Origin: Bacteroidota bacterium
GTDB lineage: Bacteria > Bacteroidota > Ignavibacteria > Ignavibacteriales > Ignavibacteriaceae
Direction of reading: 5' to 3'
Assembly (NCBI GenBank): GCA_021813585.1
Contig: JAKAJV010000068.1
Location: forward strand, 3,499-67,498
DNA length: 64,000 nt
The translations under genes were made by a program, and so were the position numbers. Positions within the stretch are counted from its first letter, which is position 1. Every line of letters begins with the position of its first letter. A model generated the notes under the pieces. The model was not told where the DNA came from. It did not search any database and saw only the letters and a list, made by a program, of their open reading frames with translations. Below, piece by piece: positions 1 to 8,664 of this stretch.

Positions 1-82
1 CGAACCAATGTCTCATTCCAAAGCCTTCGCCGCTGTGCATCCATCCTCTGCCTTCGCAAGGGTGTTCATAATAGCCAAACAT
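1..82 (-). CDS. 5' end of a CDS that runs off the left edge; Gly/His/Met-rich N-terminus (MFGYYEHPCEGRGWMHSGEGFGMRHWF...)
   Basis: ATG at 82-80 on the minus strand, with an AAGAGG RBS (reverse complement of 89-94). The frame is open to the window edge. It carries a GWMHSG motif that recurs in the protein at 51019-52614. Confidence 0.3.
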   Translation of the reverse strand, partial: MFGYYEHPCEGRGWMHSGEGFGMRHWF

Positions 83-166
83 ATTGTGCCTCTTATTTTT
101 ATTTTGTTTCCGGTGTTAATTGTTCCTTAAAAATTAACATCATTTTCTCTACAATTTTGTTCATTG

Positions 167-847
167 TTATTCTCCTATCTTTCTTTGTGTTATTCGAAAT
201 AATTTCCTTGGTAATCCGCCTTCTTCAAATTCATCGATACTCTCTATCTTAAAGCCATTTGCCAGATGCTCGACCTTCTCTTTACTAAAGAAGTGGACGA
301 TAAATCCACCAACCTCGTACATGTCTTCGCCTCTATGGATGCCGGTTTCGTAATGTGCGTCTCCGGTATGCCTAACTGTGTAAATGTTGAGCCCGCCAGG
401 TTTCAATACACGCCTCACTTCTGAGCAGAGAAATTCTAATTCTACTGTTGTGAGCGCCATGCAGAAAAGCATATGAGAGTAGCATGCATCAAAGCTTTCA
501 TCATTGAATGGCAGTCTGTGCCTAACATCGTGCTGTTTTGTTAATATAAGTTCAGATAACCCGCTGTCTTCAGCTTTTTTCCGTATGGCGCTTAATCCGC
601 TTTCAGAGTAATCAAGAGCATGTACTTTGAAACCGTTTTGTGCAAAGAAAAGCGTATCCCTTCCTTGACCCGCTCCAAGTTCAAGTACTATTGTTTTCCT
701 TTCATCGCAGAACATCTTAGCTGCTTTCTGTGCCGGGCCGCTTGCCTCAGCGGTAAACATATCCCGCCGCTTCGTAAACGAATTTTCCCATTGAATTTGC
801 TGGTTGTTCAAAACTTCCTGCTCAACATCTGAATTATATGTTTCCAT
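167..847 (-). CDS. Class I SAM-dependent methyltransferase, TehB-like
   Basis: 226 aa ORF. Motif I is LELGAGQGRDTLFFAQNGFKVHALDYSESG, which resembles the TehB / thiopurine-MTase type GxGxGRxxxxLA-G-V-A-D pattern. Confidence 0.8.
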   Translation of the reverse strand: METYNSDVEQEVLNNQQIQWENSFTKRRDMFTAEASGPAQKAAKMFCDERKTIVLELGAGQGRDTLFFAQNGFKVHALDYSESGLSAIRKKAEDSGLSELILTKQHDVRHRLPFNDESFDACYSHMLFCMALTTVELEFLCSEVRRVLKPGGLNIYTVRHTGDAHYETGIHRGEDMYEVGGFIVHFFSKEKVEHLANGFKIESIDEFEEGGLPRKLFRITQRKIGE

Positions 848-861
848 TGGTGAACCTTTGG

Positions 862-1113
862 TTAGTTTAAGATGTCTTTTTTCATTTGCTCAAATTGTTC
901 CTTAGAGATTTCGCCTTTGGCGTAACGTTTCTTTAATATCTCAAGCGATGTTTCGTGCTCATTATTTTCGTTATGATATTTATTCGAGTCGTACCACCAA
1001 GGCGGTCTAAAGTTTCCGCGTCCAAAAATTAAGAAGACAATCAACAGCATTACAATTAACATTATTATTGGGAATATCCATATACCATTCCCCCAGAAAT
1101 ATTGTGGACCCAT
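862..1113 (-). CDS. SHOCT-domain small membrane protein
   Basis: 83 aa with an N-terminal TM helix. The C-terminal LEILKKRYAKGEISKEQFEQMKKDIL matches the SHOCT short C-terminal domain pattern. Confidence 0.7.
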   Translation of the reverse strand: MGPQYFWGNGIWIFPIIMLIVMLLIVFLIFGRGNFRPPWWYDSNKYHNENNEHETSLEILKKRYAKGEISKEQFEQMKKDILN

Positions 1114-1139
1114 AACATTATCTCCAGTTTTTAATAAAT

Positions 1140-1532
1140 TTAATCATGTTTATTCGCGTCTTCTTTGGCGCCGCTGTCTACGTTGTTATTTTCTGCTTTG
1201 TCTTTAAACTCAGCTTTTATTCTTCCGGTTGCCGCCAAATGATTTAAGAAAAATTTTGCGGCGCTTTCCGAAATCTTAAAATGCCTGGAAATATTTGTCG
1301 GGTTTATTCCATCCTCATTTTGTATGAACTCGAATACTTCATCTTCTACGCTTGCCAGCCACTCCTCAAACATCAAGCGGATTTCGGGCGTTGCATAGAA
1401 AGACATTTCGGAAGCTTTGGATACTGCTGCCATCATTGTTTTATACACTTCCATTGGATTGAAATCGTCCGAAGCCTCCATCATTTTTCGCATCATACCC
1501 ATCATAGGCATGCCGCCTTTATTGTGCATCAT
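1140..1532 (-). CDS. Hypothetical protein with a Met-rich N-terminus and a FeoC-like winged-helix C-terminus
   Basis: 130 aa. It begins MMHNKGGMPMMGMMRKMM. The C-terminal INPTNISRHFKISESAAKFFLNHLAATGRI looks like a wHTH. It is nearly abutting the upstream ArsR gene. Confidence 0.5.
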   Translation of the reverse strand: MMHNKGGMPMMGMMRKMMEASDDFNPMEVYKTMMAAVSKASEMSFYATPEIRLMFEEWLASVEDEVFEFIQNEDGINPTNISRHFKISESAAKFFLNHLAATGRIKAEFKDKAENNNVDSGAKEDANKHD

Positions 1533-1534
1533 TT

Positions 1535-1936
1535 TTATTTCTCCTTCATAGATTGATTTATAAATTTTGACATTCTTTTCATCATTACCGGGAAAGGCAT
1601 AGTCATTTTCTGTTCTTGAGAGAATATTGAACTATGCTTTTCACTCAGCTCGAGCACAAGCTGATTTGTGAGTTTCAGTAAATCTACAATTGTAGGTTCT
1701 GTAAGCTCATAAAAGACAAACGAGCCTTTCCTCTCTGTCTTTACAATTAGACTATGCTTTAACTCCTTTAGATGGTGAGAAATCAGCGGCTGAGACAGTC
1801 CGGTTTGTTCAACTATCTCAGAAACCGATTTTTCGCCTTCCGAAAGATTTAACAATATCTTTAAGCGGTTCTCATCGGCTAAAGACCTGAAGAAAACCGC
1901 TATCTGCTTATATAAAATTTCTTGAGACATTAACAT
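1535..1936 (-). CDS. ArsR/SmtB family transcriptional regulator
   Basis: LADENRLKILLNLSEGEKSVSEIVEQTGLSQPLISHHLKELKHSLIV is the canonical ArsR HTH. Confidence 0.85.
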   Translation of the reverse strand: MLMSQEILYKQIAVFFRSLADENRLKILLNLSEGEKSVSEIVEQTGLSQPLISHHLKELKHSLIVKTERKGSFVFYELTEPTIVDLLKLTNQLVLELSEKHSSIFSQEQKMTMPFPVMMKRMSKFINQSMKEK

Positions 1937-2056
1937 ATAAATGATTATTGATATGTTAATATACTAAGGATTGTCTATCGTGTCAAGTTAATTTTTGCGA
2001 AGGTGCAAAATAAAATCCTAAGAATAGCGCCTAAGCAACTAATTTTACTGAACATT

Positions 2057-2118
2057 TGGAGTATTGGATTTATGGAATATTATTGCCTGCTCCACTATTC
2101 CAAGACTCCATTATTCCG
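2057..2118. repeat. GGAGTAATGGAATAATGG-family palindromic intergenic repeat, copy a
   Basis: TGGAGTATTGGATTTATGGAATA ... CTCCACTATTCCAAGACTCCATTATTCC inverted arms. The same family occurs at 8388, 26296, 45316, 55213 and 59975. Confidence 0.75.
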
Positions 2119-2146
2119 ACATATTTTTTAAGTATTAGCTGTTCAT

Positions 2147-2428
2147 TCACTGCATCTCTTTCAACGGCGGATAGGTGTCCATCATCTTTACCGGCTTATC
2201 CGGCACGCTCAGCAGCTTGGCTTGCTGCTCAGGTGTAAGAACTGCCCGCGCTTTAGCACGCGCTTCATTTTCTATCTCGACGAGCTTCTTCTTCTGTTCT
2301 TCGCTTAAGCTCAATGTCTCCGCCTGCGCATAGATAGGGCATGGAGCGTCCAGAAAAATTGGCGTTCTCATTAATAAACGCATCCGCTCTTTCATTTCCG
2401 GTGTCATTTCTTGCTTCGTGTTACTCAT
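2147..2428 (-). CDS. Hypothetical protein, Spy/CpxP-like LTPEQ motif
   Basis: 93 aa ORF, helical and Lys/Glu-rich, with LSEEQKKKL ... LTPEQQAKL repeats. The assignment is weak. Confidence 0.4.
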   Translation of the reverse strand: MSNTKQEMTPEMKERMRLLMRTPIFLDAPCPIYAQAETLSLSEEQKKKLVEIENEARAKARAVLTPEQQAKLLSVPDKPVKMMDTYPPLKEMQ

Positions 2429-2482
2429 GGCTTTTTACCTTTCATTATTGTTGTTGTTTAACTTGATTGAATAATTATCTAA

Positions 2483-3064
2483 TCACTTTGCAGCGCTTTC
2501 AGCAGCAGTTTTTTTCATCGATTCATTAATCGAACCGTTTGCATTCCGTTGCCTTCTGAGGAATAGCCGGGTAAGCAGCAACACCAGAACGCCTGTGCCA
2601 AGCACAATTCCCGACCAGACGAATGCCCAGTGTCCGGGCTCCCACGGAAGCCCAACAGCTGTGCCCCAATATCCCAGCGCGATATATTCAAAAAATATGT
2701 ACGCACCGATTGCAAACAACAGCGTAAGCAGAACCGTATTGATAATACGGTTACGCTGCCGGCGTGCCTCATCAAGCGTACAAATACCCCGCCGCCGGAA
2801 ATAAACAACTAACGATGCCCCTAAGAATAATAGAGCCGCGCTGCGAAATACCCAAACGTATTTCCCTGTAAGTGTATTATCCACACTGACGGCTGTTGAA
2901 ACCGATGCGATTCCCAGCAGCACCATCACCAGCGGCGTAATGCAGCAAAGGCATCCTATCGCCATCGCAAGCAGCGAACTCCGAAAAATTCCTTTGCGAG
3001 CTTTTCGCTTATCATCTGCTACTGCTTTTTCTTCCGGGGCTTTTCTATTCTTATTTGTATTCAT
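2483..3064 (-). CDS. Multi-pass membrane protein with a CC-x2-P motif (MerT-like putative metal transporter)
   Basis: 193 aa with about 4 TM helices. GCLCCITPLVMVLLG in TM1 resembles the MerT CCxxP motif. Confidence 0.45.
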   Translation of the reverse strand: MNTNKNRKAPEEKAVADDKRKARKGIFRSSLLAMAIGCLCCITPLVMVLLGIASVSTAVSVDNTLTGKYVWVFRSAALLFLGASLVVYFRRRGICTLDEARRQRNRIINTVLLTLLFAIGAYIFFEYIALGYWGTAVGLPWEPGHWAFVWSGIVLGTGVLVLLLTRLFLRRQRNANGSINESMKKTAAESAAK

Positions 3065-3261
3065 TTCTAACCTTTCATCAATAATAATTTTGACTCTGAA
3101 ATTTTTACCAGCGTGGTTACATCTTGTCCACTTTGATTAATCTAATAGCAGACAAGCCTTAGCACTTTATGAAAGTAAAAAGATCAATTGAATAAAATAA
3201 TACGGTAGCGGCGCTATAATTGGAAAACATGATTATAGGACTGCGCTTAAAGAAGAAAGGT

Positions 3262-3606
3262 CTAAATCAGAAATGTACAGTTGTAAAGATATATTTGAGT
3301 TGAATTATTTGGCGGATGGAAAAGCTCCGCATCTAAAATATTTATAGAAAAGTTTTTAGTAATTATTTCGCCGATAGAAGGAGGAATAAAATATTTTTCA
3401 ACTTTTAGATTACATAAACCGTTTGAAGCCGATTTACCGTTTTCAAGATTTACTGATTTTATTATAGTGCAAAAATCCGGCGATGCAGATTTTCCCTGGC
3501 TATTTGAAAAATCGCCAAGCTCGCAGTAGTAAAAGCAAAATATGAATGGAACCAGAATAAAAAATGCTGTTACTAATTGCCGGTATTTTATCAAACGGTT
3601 AAACAT
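3262..3606 (-). CDS. Small N-terminally anchored protein of unknown function (paralog family, member A)
   Basis: 114 aa. It aligns end to end with the 114-aa ORF at 54275-54619 (KYRxL..A.F.L.P..F, LKVEK, and the C-terminal I.L.D.E.F..P....IYL....TFLI). Confidence 0.5.
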   Translation of the reverse strand: MFNRLIKYRQLVTAFFILVPFIFCFYYCELGDFSNSQGKSASPDFCTIIKSVNLENGKSASNGLCNLKVEKYFIPPSIGEIITKNFSINILDAELFHPPNNSTQIYLYNCTFLI

Positions 3607-4000
3607 TGACTAACGAATGCATCACTATGTTAAAAGTATTTCTATATATAATTGGCGACCAACATATTAAAGATTGCTTCAAAAATAAAGCTAAACGATT
3701 ATTCATGTGATAAAGATTATAGAGCTTCTCTTAAATTTCTTTTTTACATCATTAAACTTTTTTATTTATTAAAGATATAATCCATTTTTATGTTTTACAA
3801 TATTCATTTGTTTAAGCGTTGGTTCACATTGGCGACTCTTTATATGAACAAAGTCATCCTATCTTGCACAAAATGGAAAAGAAATTGAGAATTCATTAGT
3901 CCCAGAGGTTAGAAAATAATAATTAATACTATTGTCAATGATTTATTATCTCTAATTCTGATTGCAAATATCTTTGGTTTGTTATTATATCTTTGGTAAA

Positions 4001-4038
4001 ATAAAAAGCACAGATCTAATATCGGGCAAGACCTGTGC
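4001..4038 (-). terminator. Rho-independent terminator after the RND gene
   Basis: GCACAGATC (4008-4016) pairs with GACCTGTGC (4030-4038), giving a 9-bp stem with one mismatch. A T-run follows on the minus strand (reverse complement of 4001-4007). Confidence 0.6.
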
Positions 4039-4069
4039 TATGTAATAATTAGACCAACGAACTATTTTC

Positions 4070-7000
4070 TTACTGCTCAGCTAATTTTTTTTCTAAGCGG
4101 TTTCTGTGGCTTTGTTCAAGCATCAAATGGAAGACCGGTACTGCCAAAAGAGTTAAGAATGTTCCGGTAATAAGTCCGCCGATAGCAACTACTGCAAGCG
4201 GCGAAAGCCGTTCGATACCGACAGCCCATTCCAGTGCAATTGGAATCATTCCGACTGCAGCAGCGCCGGCTGTCATAAGTATCGGTCTCGTTCTTAGCTG
4301 AACTGCTTCAAGTATTGCCTCTCTTGGGGATTTACCTTGTTCCATTGCTACTTTGGCAAAATCAACAAGCAAGATTCCGTTCTTTACAATTATACCCATA
4401 AGCAAAATCAATCCCATGAATGAAGGCAGACAGCCATGTTTGTTTGCAATAAGCATCGCCCACGAAGCGCCGATAAGCGCAAGCGGAAGGCTCGCCATTA
4501 TTGCTACCGGATCGCGGAATGATTTGAATACTATTACAAGCATTAAATAAAGAAGCGCCACGCCAATGGCAAAAGATTTTAACAGAGCGGCAAATGATTC
4601 ATTGAGCTGCATTATCTCGCCGTGATCTGAGATTGAGTATCCGCGGGGCATTGTCAATCCTTTTAATGCAGCCTCGACATTTTTGCTTAACTGAGTAATA
4701 GAAATATTTCCGCGATATCCAAGTACATCTACAGTAGGCAGCAAAGCTTCATGAGTTTCTGCCGTCGGTTCATAAACAACTTTCGGACTTGCGAAAGATG
4801 AAAGCGGAATTAACGAGCCGTCCATCGTTCTGATTGGAATGGCAGCTATGTCTTCATTGTTAGATCTTTGATTTGCTTCAAGGCGAACCCAAACGGGTAT
4901 TGGGATTTCTCCTGTAACGCGAAGATTACCACCTGGAGTACCGCCTACTGCTTGTGCTACCTGTCCGGCAACATCCTGCGGAGTTAAGCCGTACAAGCGA
5001 GCCTTCGCTTCGTTTATTTGAAGATTTATTCTTCTTGATTTTCCCTGCCACGTTCTCTCAATGCCTGTTAAACCTCTGACATATTTCAACCTGTTCATTA
5101 CAGAGTCAGCTAATTGATCAAGTGTACTTGGGTCAGGTCCTGTAATCATCATATCAACTGAACTGCGGATTGACGAGAGGGGAGTTGCGCCGAACTCTGT
5201 TACATTGGAAGATATGAGCCCGGGAATCTTTCGTATTTTTTCTCTAACTTCCTCTTCAATTTGATAGATTGACTGGTTGCGATGAAAGCGGTCGATAATG
5301 CTAACCGTAATTTGACCATGCTGAAGTACGCGGTCTGCGACGAAAGACTTAACGCCGGCTTCGGCACCGTCTACTCCGGACATTGAAAGAAGCCATCCGG
5401 GCTTGAGCGAGCTTTTAACATCTTGTTCAATTTGTCCGGCAATCTTTTCAACACCTGGAGCATCCATATCGGGCTGCGCTTCATAATTAACGAGGAAAGT
5501 TCCGCTGTCCATCAGCGGCATCAGCTCGCGTCCTACAACATTCATTAGTGCTAATGAAATTACAAACAGAACTGCAAATGAAGAGAGGACTAAGCCGCGG
5601 TGTTCCAAGCCCCAGCCAACAACGCGTGCGTAGAAACGCTTCAGAGGATCAAGAACATGAGTTTCAAACGGATGCAATATTTTGTAAAGAGGATCTCTTT
5701 TACCCGGTCTTAGCAAGTAAGGCACCAGCAAAGGAATAATTGTAACAGATACTATAAGTGAAGCCATTAAAGCTACAGACAAAGTAACTGCTAATGGACG
5801 TAAAACTGTTTGAACGTACCCTCCGATAAACATAATCGGAATTAGAACAACGATTACGCTGATGGTTCCGGAAGCTGCGGCAAGAAATATTTCCTGCGTT
5901 CCTTTTGCGGCTGTAACAACGCTGCTGTCGCCAGTTACTCGAATAGTCCTCTCTATATTTTCAATTACAACTATTGCATCATCGGCAAGAAGTCCGACGG
6001 CAATAATAATAGCTGTAAGAGTTACCATATCGAACTCGTAACCGAACATATTGAGTACGGCAAAGGTAAGCAGATAAGTAAACGGAAGAGAAAGTGCCGT
6101 AATAAACGCAGCTCTTGTATCCCCAAGGAAAAGAAGTATGACAATGATGGTCATTATAACGGCGTCTCTTAAAGCGCCGAGCATGTTATCAACTGTCAGA
6201 TCGATTAAGCGACCTTGCGTGTCTGCCTGCTCGATATGCAGCATAGGGAACTGCTGTTCAATTTTAGGAAGTCGTTTGGTAATCTCTGCAATAATTTCGC
6301 GTGCATGTCCCTGCTCGCCGCGAAGCAAAGAAATTGCAATTGCGGGTTGTCCATTGCCCCGGTAAATCGATGTTATATCTGCCGCGCCCCATTTTACTTC
6401 ACCAAGGTCGCCGACCCGGACAAAATTTCCCTTGGGCAGCGGAATTAAAATTTGAGATATATCATCCGGACCTTTTGCGAGCACCTGCGTATTAAGCAAA
6501 TACCTGTTGCCGTGCTGATAAATCAATCCAGAAGGCGTAGAAATGTTTGCCTTGGATAAAGCTAAAGCAACTTGACCAACATTTAGATTGTAAGCTTCAA
6601 GTTTATTTCTATCCAGATCAACTGCAACCTGGCGCTCCTGGCTGCCGAAAACTTCTGCTTCAGCAACACCGGGAATTTGCAGCAGTTCGTCGCGCAATTG
6701 ATTTTCTGCAAGCCTTCTTATTTGAGGCAAGCTTAAATCGTATCCTTTAGATGAAGTTACTGCTAAAACCATCAGCGGTCTCGCCGCATCGGTTATTTTA
6801 AATATCAAGGGATCTTTAATTCCTTGCGGCAATATGCTGCGAACTCGCGGCAGTTCGGTTGTAACTTTGGTTGCGGCTTCATCAATATTATTTCCGTAAT
6901 GAAATTCTATTTGAACAGACGAAACCTGGTCGCGTGAAGTTGACGTTACTCTTCTTACGCCGTCTATCGCTTTCATGCGGACCTCGATAGGATGAGTAAC

Positions 7001-7186
7001 ATCGGTGGCTACATCATTAGCTGCAGCGCCGGGCCATTGCGTAATAACTGCAACGACTGGACGGTTAGTATCCGGGAAAAGGTTCATCGGCAAAGTAATG
7101 TAAGCAATGATTCCCGCCAGTACCGTAACCAAAGTAATTGCAATTATAGCATGCGGTTTGCGCAGCATTCTTTCAAAAAAATTCAT
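4070..7186 (-). CDS. Efflux RND permease, AcrB/HAE1-like
   Basis: 1038 aa with 12-TM RND architecture. The TM4 signature is GLLADDAIVVIENIER. Confidence 0.95.
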   Translation of the reverse strand: MNFFERMLRKPHAIIAITLVTVLAGIIAYITLPMNLFPDTNRPVVAVITQWPGAAANDVATDVTHPIEVRMKAIDGVRRVTSTSRDQVSSVQIEFHYGNNIDEAATKVTTELPRVRSILPQGIKDPLIFKITDAARPLMVLAVTSSKGYDLSLPQIRRLAENQLRDELLQIPGVAEAEVFGSQERQVAVDLDRNKLEAYNLNVGQVALALSKANISTPSGLIYQHGNRYLLNTQVLAKGPDDISQILIPLPKGNFVRVGDLGEVKWGAADITSIYRGNGQPAIAISLLRGEQGHAREIIAEITKRLPKIEQQFPMLHIEQADTQGRLIDLTVDNMLGALRDAVIMTIIVILLFLGDTRAAFITALSLPFTYLLTFAVLNMFGYEFDMVTLTAIIIAVGLLADDAIVVIENIERTIRVTGDSSVVTAAKGTQEIFLAAASGTISVIVVLIPIMFIGGYVQTVLRPLAVTLSVALMASLIVSVTIIPLLVPYLLRPGKRDPLYKILHPFETHVLDPLKRFYARVVGWGLEHRGLVLSSFAVLFVISLALMNVVGRELMPLMDSGTFLVNYEAQPDMDAPGVEKIAGQIEQDVKSSLKPGWLLSMSGVDGAEAGVKSFVADRVLQHGQITVSIIDRFHRNQSIYQIEEEVREKIRKIPGLISSNVTEFGATPLSSIRSSVDMMITGPDPSTLDQLADSVMNRLKYVRGLTGIERTWQGKSRRINLQINEAKARLYGLTPQDVAGQVAQAVGGTPGGNLRVTGEIPIPVWVRLEANQRSNNEDIAAIPIRTMDGSLIPLSSFASPKVVYEPTAETHEALLPTVDVLGYRGNISITQLSKNVEAALKGLTMPRGYSISDHGEIMQLNESFAALLKSFAIGVALLYLMLVIVFKSFRDPVAIMASLPLALIGASWAMLIANKHGCLPSFMGLILLMGIIVKNGILLVDFAKVAMEQGKSPREAILEAVQLRTRPILMTAGAAAVGMIPIALEWAVGIERLSPLAVVAIGGLITGTFLTLLAVPVFHLMLEQSHRNRLEKKLAEQ

Positions 7187-8316
7187 TGCAAGCCTCCTTT
7201 ATTGATGATGACGGGGTCGCCGTCTCTTAAGCTTAGCAGAACGCTTTCCTGTGCAACAATTACTTTATCTCCCGGACGAATATCGCCGGTTACAGCAACA
7301 CCATTTCTGCCGGTAAGCTGAATTGTTACCGGAACTTTTTTTATGATGTTAGTTTTACCGTTTGAAATTACCTTAAAGAGAAAGCTTGTGTTATTTGCAT
7401 CTCCGGTAAGGATTGATTCCTGCGGCACCAGAGTTCCGACAGCACTGCGCTGCAAAACTATTCTGCCGGTTATTCTTTCTCCGTTTGCAAGGTTAAAAGG
7501 AATTTGCGAAAGGTCAGCCTCTGCAGCGCCTAAATCAAATCCATTTAGTAAAGGAAATATTCTGTCAAGTTTAACATTAAGCGAATCGCCGCTGTGGAAA
7601 AGCTGAAGCTCAGCGCCTACTTTGAGCTGTCTTAAAATTTCTTGCGGAAACTCAACATGAATTCTTGCACCGCTTGTTGTTGTGATTTGATAGATAGGCT
7701 GTCCCGGCATTATAACATCACCCGGCTCATGAAAGCGGGCGGAAATAATACCGCTGACCGGCGCAGTTATTCTTCCGTATTCTTCATTTACGCTTAAAGC
7801 TTTAATTTGATTTTCAATTGAAGTAACTTCGTTTGTTGCGCCGATTGATGCAGTATGGTAAGCATCAAGAGAGGATTGGCTGCTTCCGCCGCTGTTGAAA
7901 AGATTTTGTTCTCTTACGTACTCGTCGTTCTTGCGCTTCATATCGGCTTCAGCGGCGGTTAGCCTTGCTTTAAGTCCGGCAAGATTATCCTGAATTGTGC
8001 GGGTATCTATTTGTGCAAGAAAGTTTCCTTTACTTACAGCAACTCCCTCGCGCGGACCCATACTAACAAGCGTGCCTCCAATTTGTGCAGTTAGAGTAAC
8101 ATTGCCTTGTGTAATTAAAGTTGCAAGTACGGGATAACCATCAGTTACAGAAGCTTCGTGAGCAACGGCAGTATTTAACGCCCACGGAGTAATTATTTGA
8201 GAAGGTATATGCTGAACCTGCTTTATGCGTATAATAACCAGTGAGATTAAAATTACCGCTATCACTATAGCAGCTATCCAGGTTAATCGTTTCTTTGGTT
8301 TACTTTTATTTTCCAT
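7183..8316 (-). CDS. Efflux RND periplasmic adaptor (MFP/HlyD family)
   Basis: 377 aa with an N-terminal TM helix, coiled-coil and barrel-sandwich pattern. A 4-nt overlap with the RND gene suggests translational coupling. Confidence 0.9.
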   Translation of the reverse strand: MENKSKPKKRLTWIAAIVIAVILISLVIIRIKQVQHIPSQIITPWALNTAVAHEASVTDGYPVLATLITQGNVTLTAQIGGTLVSMGPREGVAVSKGNFLAQIDTRTIQDNLAGLKARLTAAEADMKRKNDEYVREQNLFNSGGSSQSSLDAYHTASIGATNEVTSIENQIKALSVNEEYGRITAPVSGIISARFHEPGDVIMPGQPIYQITTTSGARIHVEFPQEILRQLKVGAELQLFHSGDSLNVKLDRIFPLLNGFDLGAAEADLSQIPFNLANGERITGRIVLQRSAVGTLVPQESILTGDANNTSFLFKVISNGKTNIIKKVPVTIQLTGRNGVAVTGDIRPGDKVIVAQESVLLSLRDGDPVIINKGGLQ

Positions 8317-8387
8317 ATTCTTATTCCAGATTTATTTATGTTATAAAAATTATTTTCTAATTTATCTCTTTAACAAAGCCAGTGTTT

Positions 8388-8424
8388 TGGAGTATTGGAA
8401 TAATGGAGTAATGAACTTCGACAT
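8388..8424. repeat. GGAGTAATGGAATAATGG-family repeat, copy b (left arm only)
   Basis: TTGGAGTATTGGAATAATGGAGTAATG. A degenerate partner arm (ATTCCAACATTGCATTATTCAATAATTCCAAT) lies at about 8616-8650, on the far side of the CACAGAG element. Confidence 0.6.
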
Positions 8425-8470
8425 GCTTGAGTCTTATTTGTCCGATCAACGAAGAATAATTATGTTTCAG

Positions 8471-8570
8471 CTTCTCTGTGGCTCTCTGTGAAGACTCGGT
8501 GCTCTCTGTGTAACTGAATTTTTTATTACACAGAGTTACACAGAGGAAAGCACAGAGTTTCACAGAGAAA
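8471..8570. repeat. CACAGAG-family palindromic repeat, copy A
   Basis: The left arm has 3 CTCTGTG units plus one degenerate unit. The right arm has 4 CACAGAG units at 10-12 nt spacing and ends in TTTCACAGAGAAA. Confidence 0.85.
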
Positions 8571-8664
8571 TATTTCAGAAGTATTTCTTCAGACAATAAT
8601 TTTTCATTCCAACATTGCATTATTCAATAATTCCAATTTTTATACCTCAAAAGTAATAGCAGCT

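Noticed and set aside
1937-2056. Looked for an ArsR operator palindrome upstream of the ArsR gene at 1535-1936 (TATTGATATGTTAATATAC region)
   Set aside because: Only a weak 4-5 bp inverted match (ATTGA/TTAAT) is present. It cannot be distinguished from background in AT-rich DNA.
4070-7186. Initial assumption that the RND pump is a CzcA/CusA-type heavy-metal exporter, based on the metal-related neighbours
   Set aside because: The TM4 motif GLLADDAIVVIEN is of the HAE1 (AcrB) type, not the HME DGA-VEN type. No CusA-like Met cluster was evident. The gene is retained only as a generic RND efflux permease.
8471-8570. Regularly spaced CACAGAG/CTCTGTG units; considered as a possible CRISPR array
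   Set aside because: The units are 7 nt at a period of about 10 nt, with no spacers of 25-40 nt. They are arranged as an inverted repeat, and no cas genes are present. This is a palindromic REP-like element.
8225-8620. ORFs 8225-8491 (+) and 8357-8620 (-), and similarly 2056-2238 (+), predicted across intergenic DNA
   Set aside because: Their sequences (for example EYWNNGVMNF and KLCAFLCVTLC) are direct translations of the two repeat families. They have no RBS and lie in intercistronic gaps.
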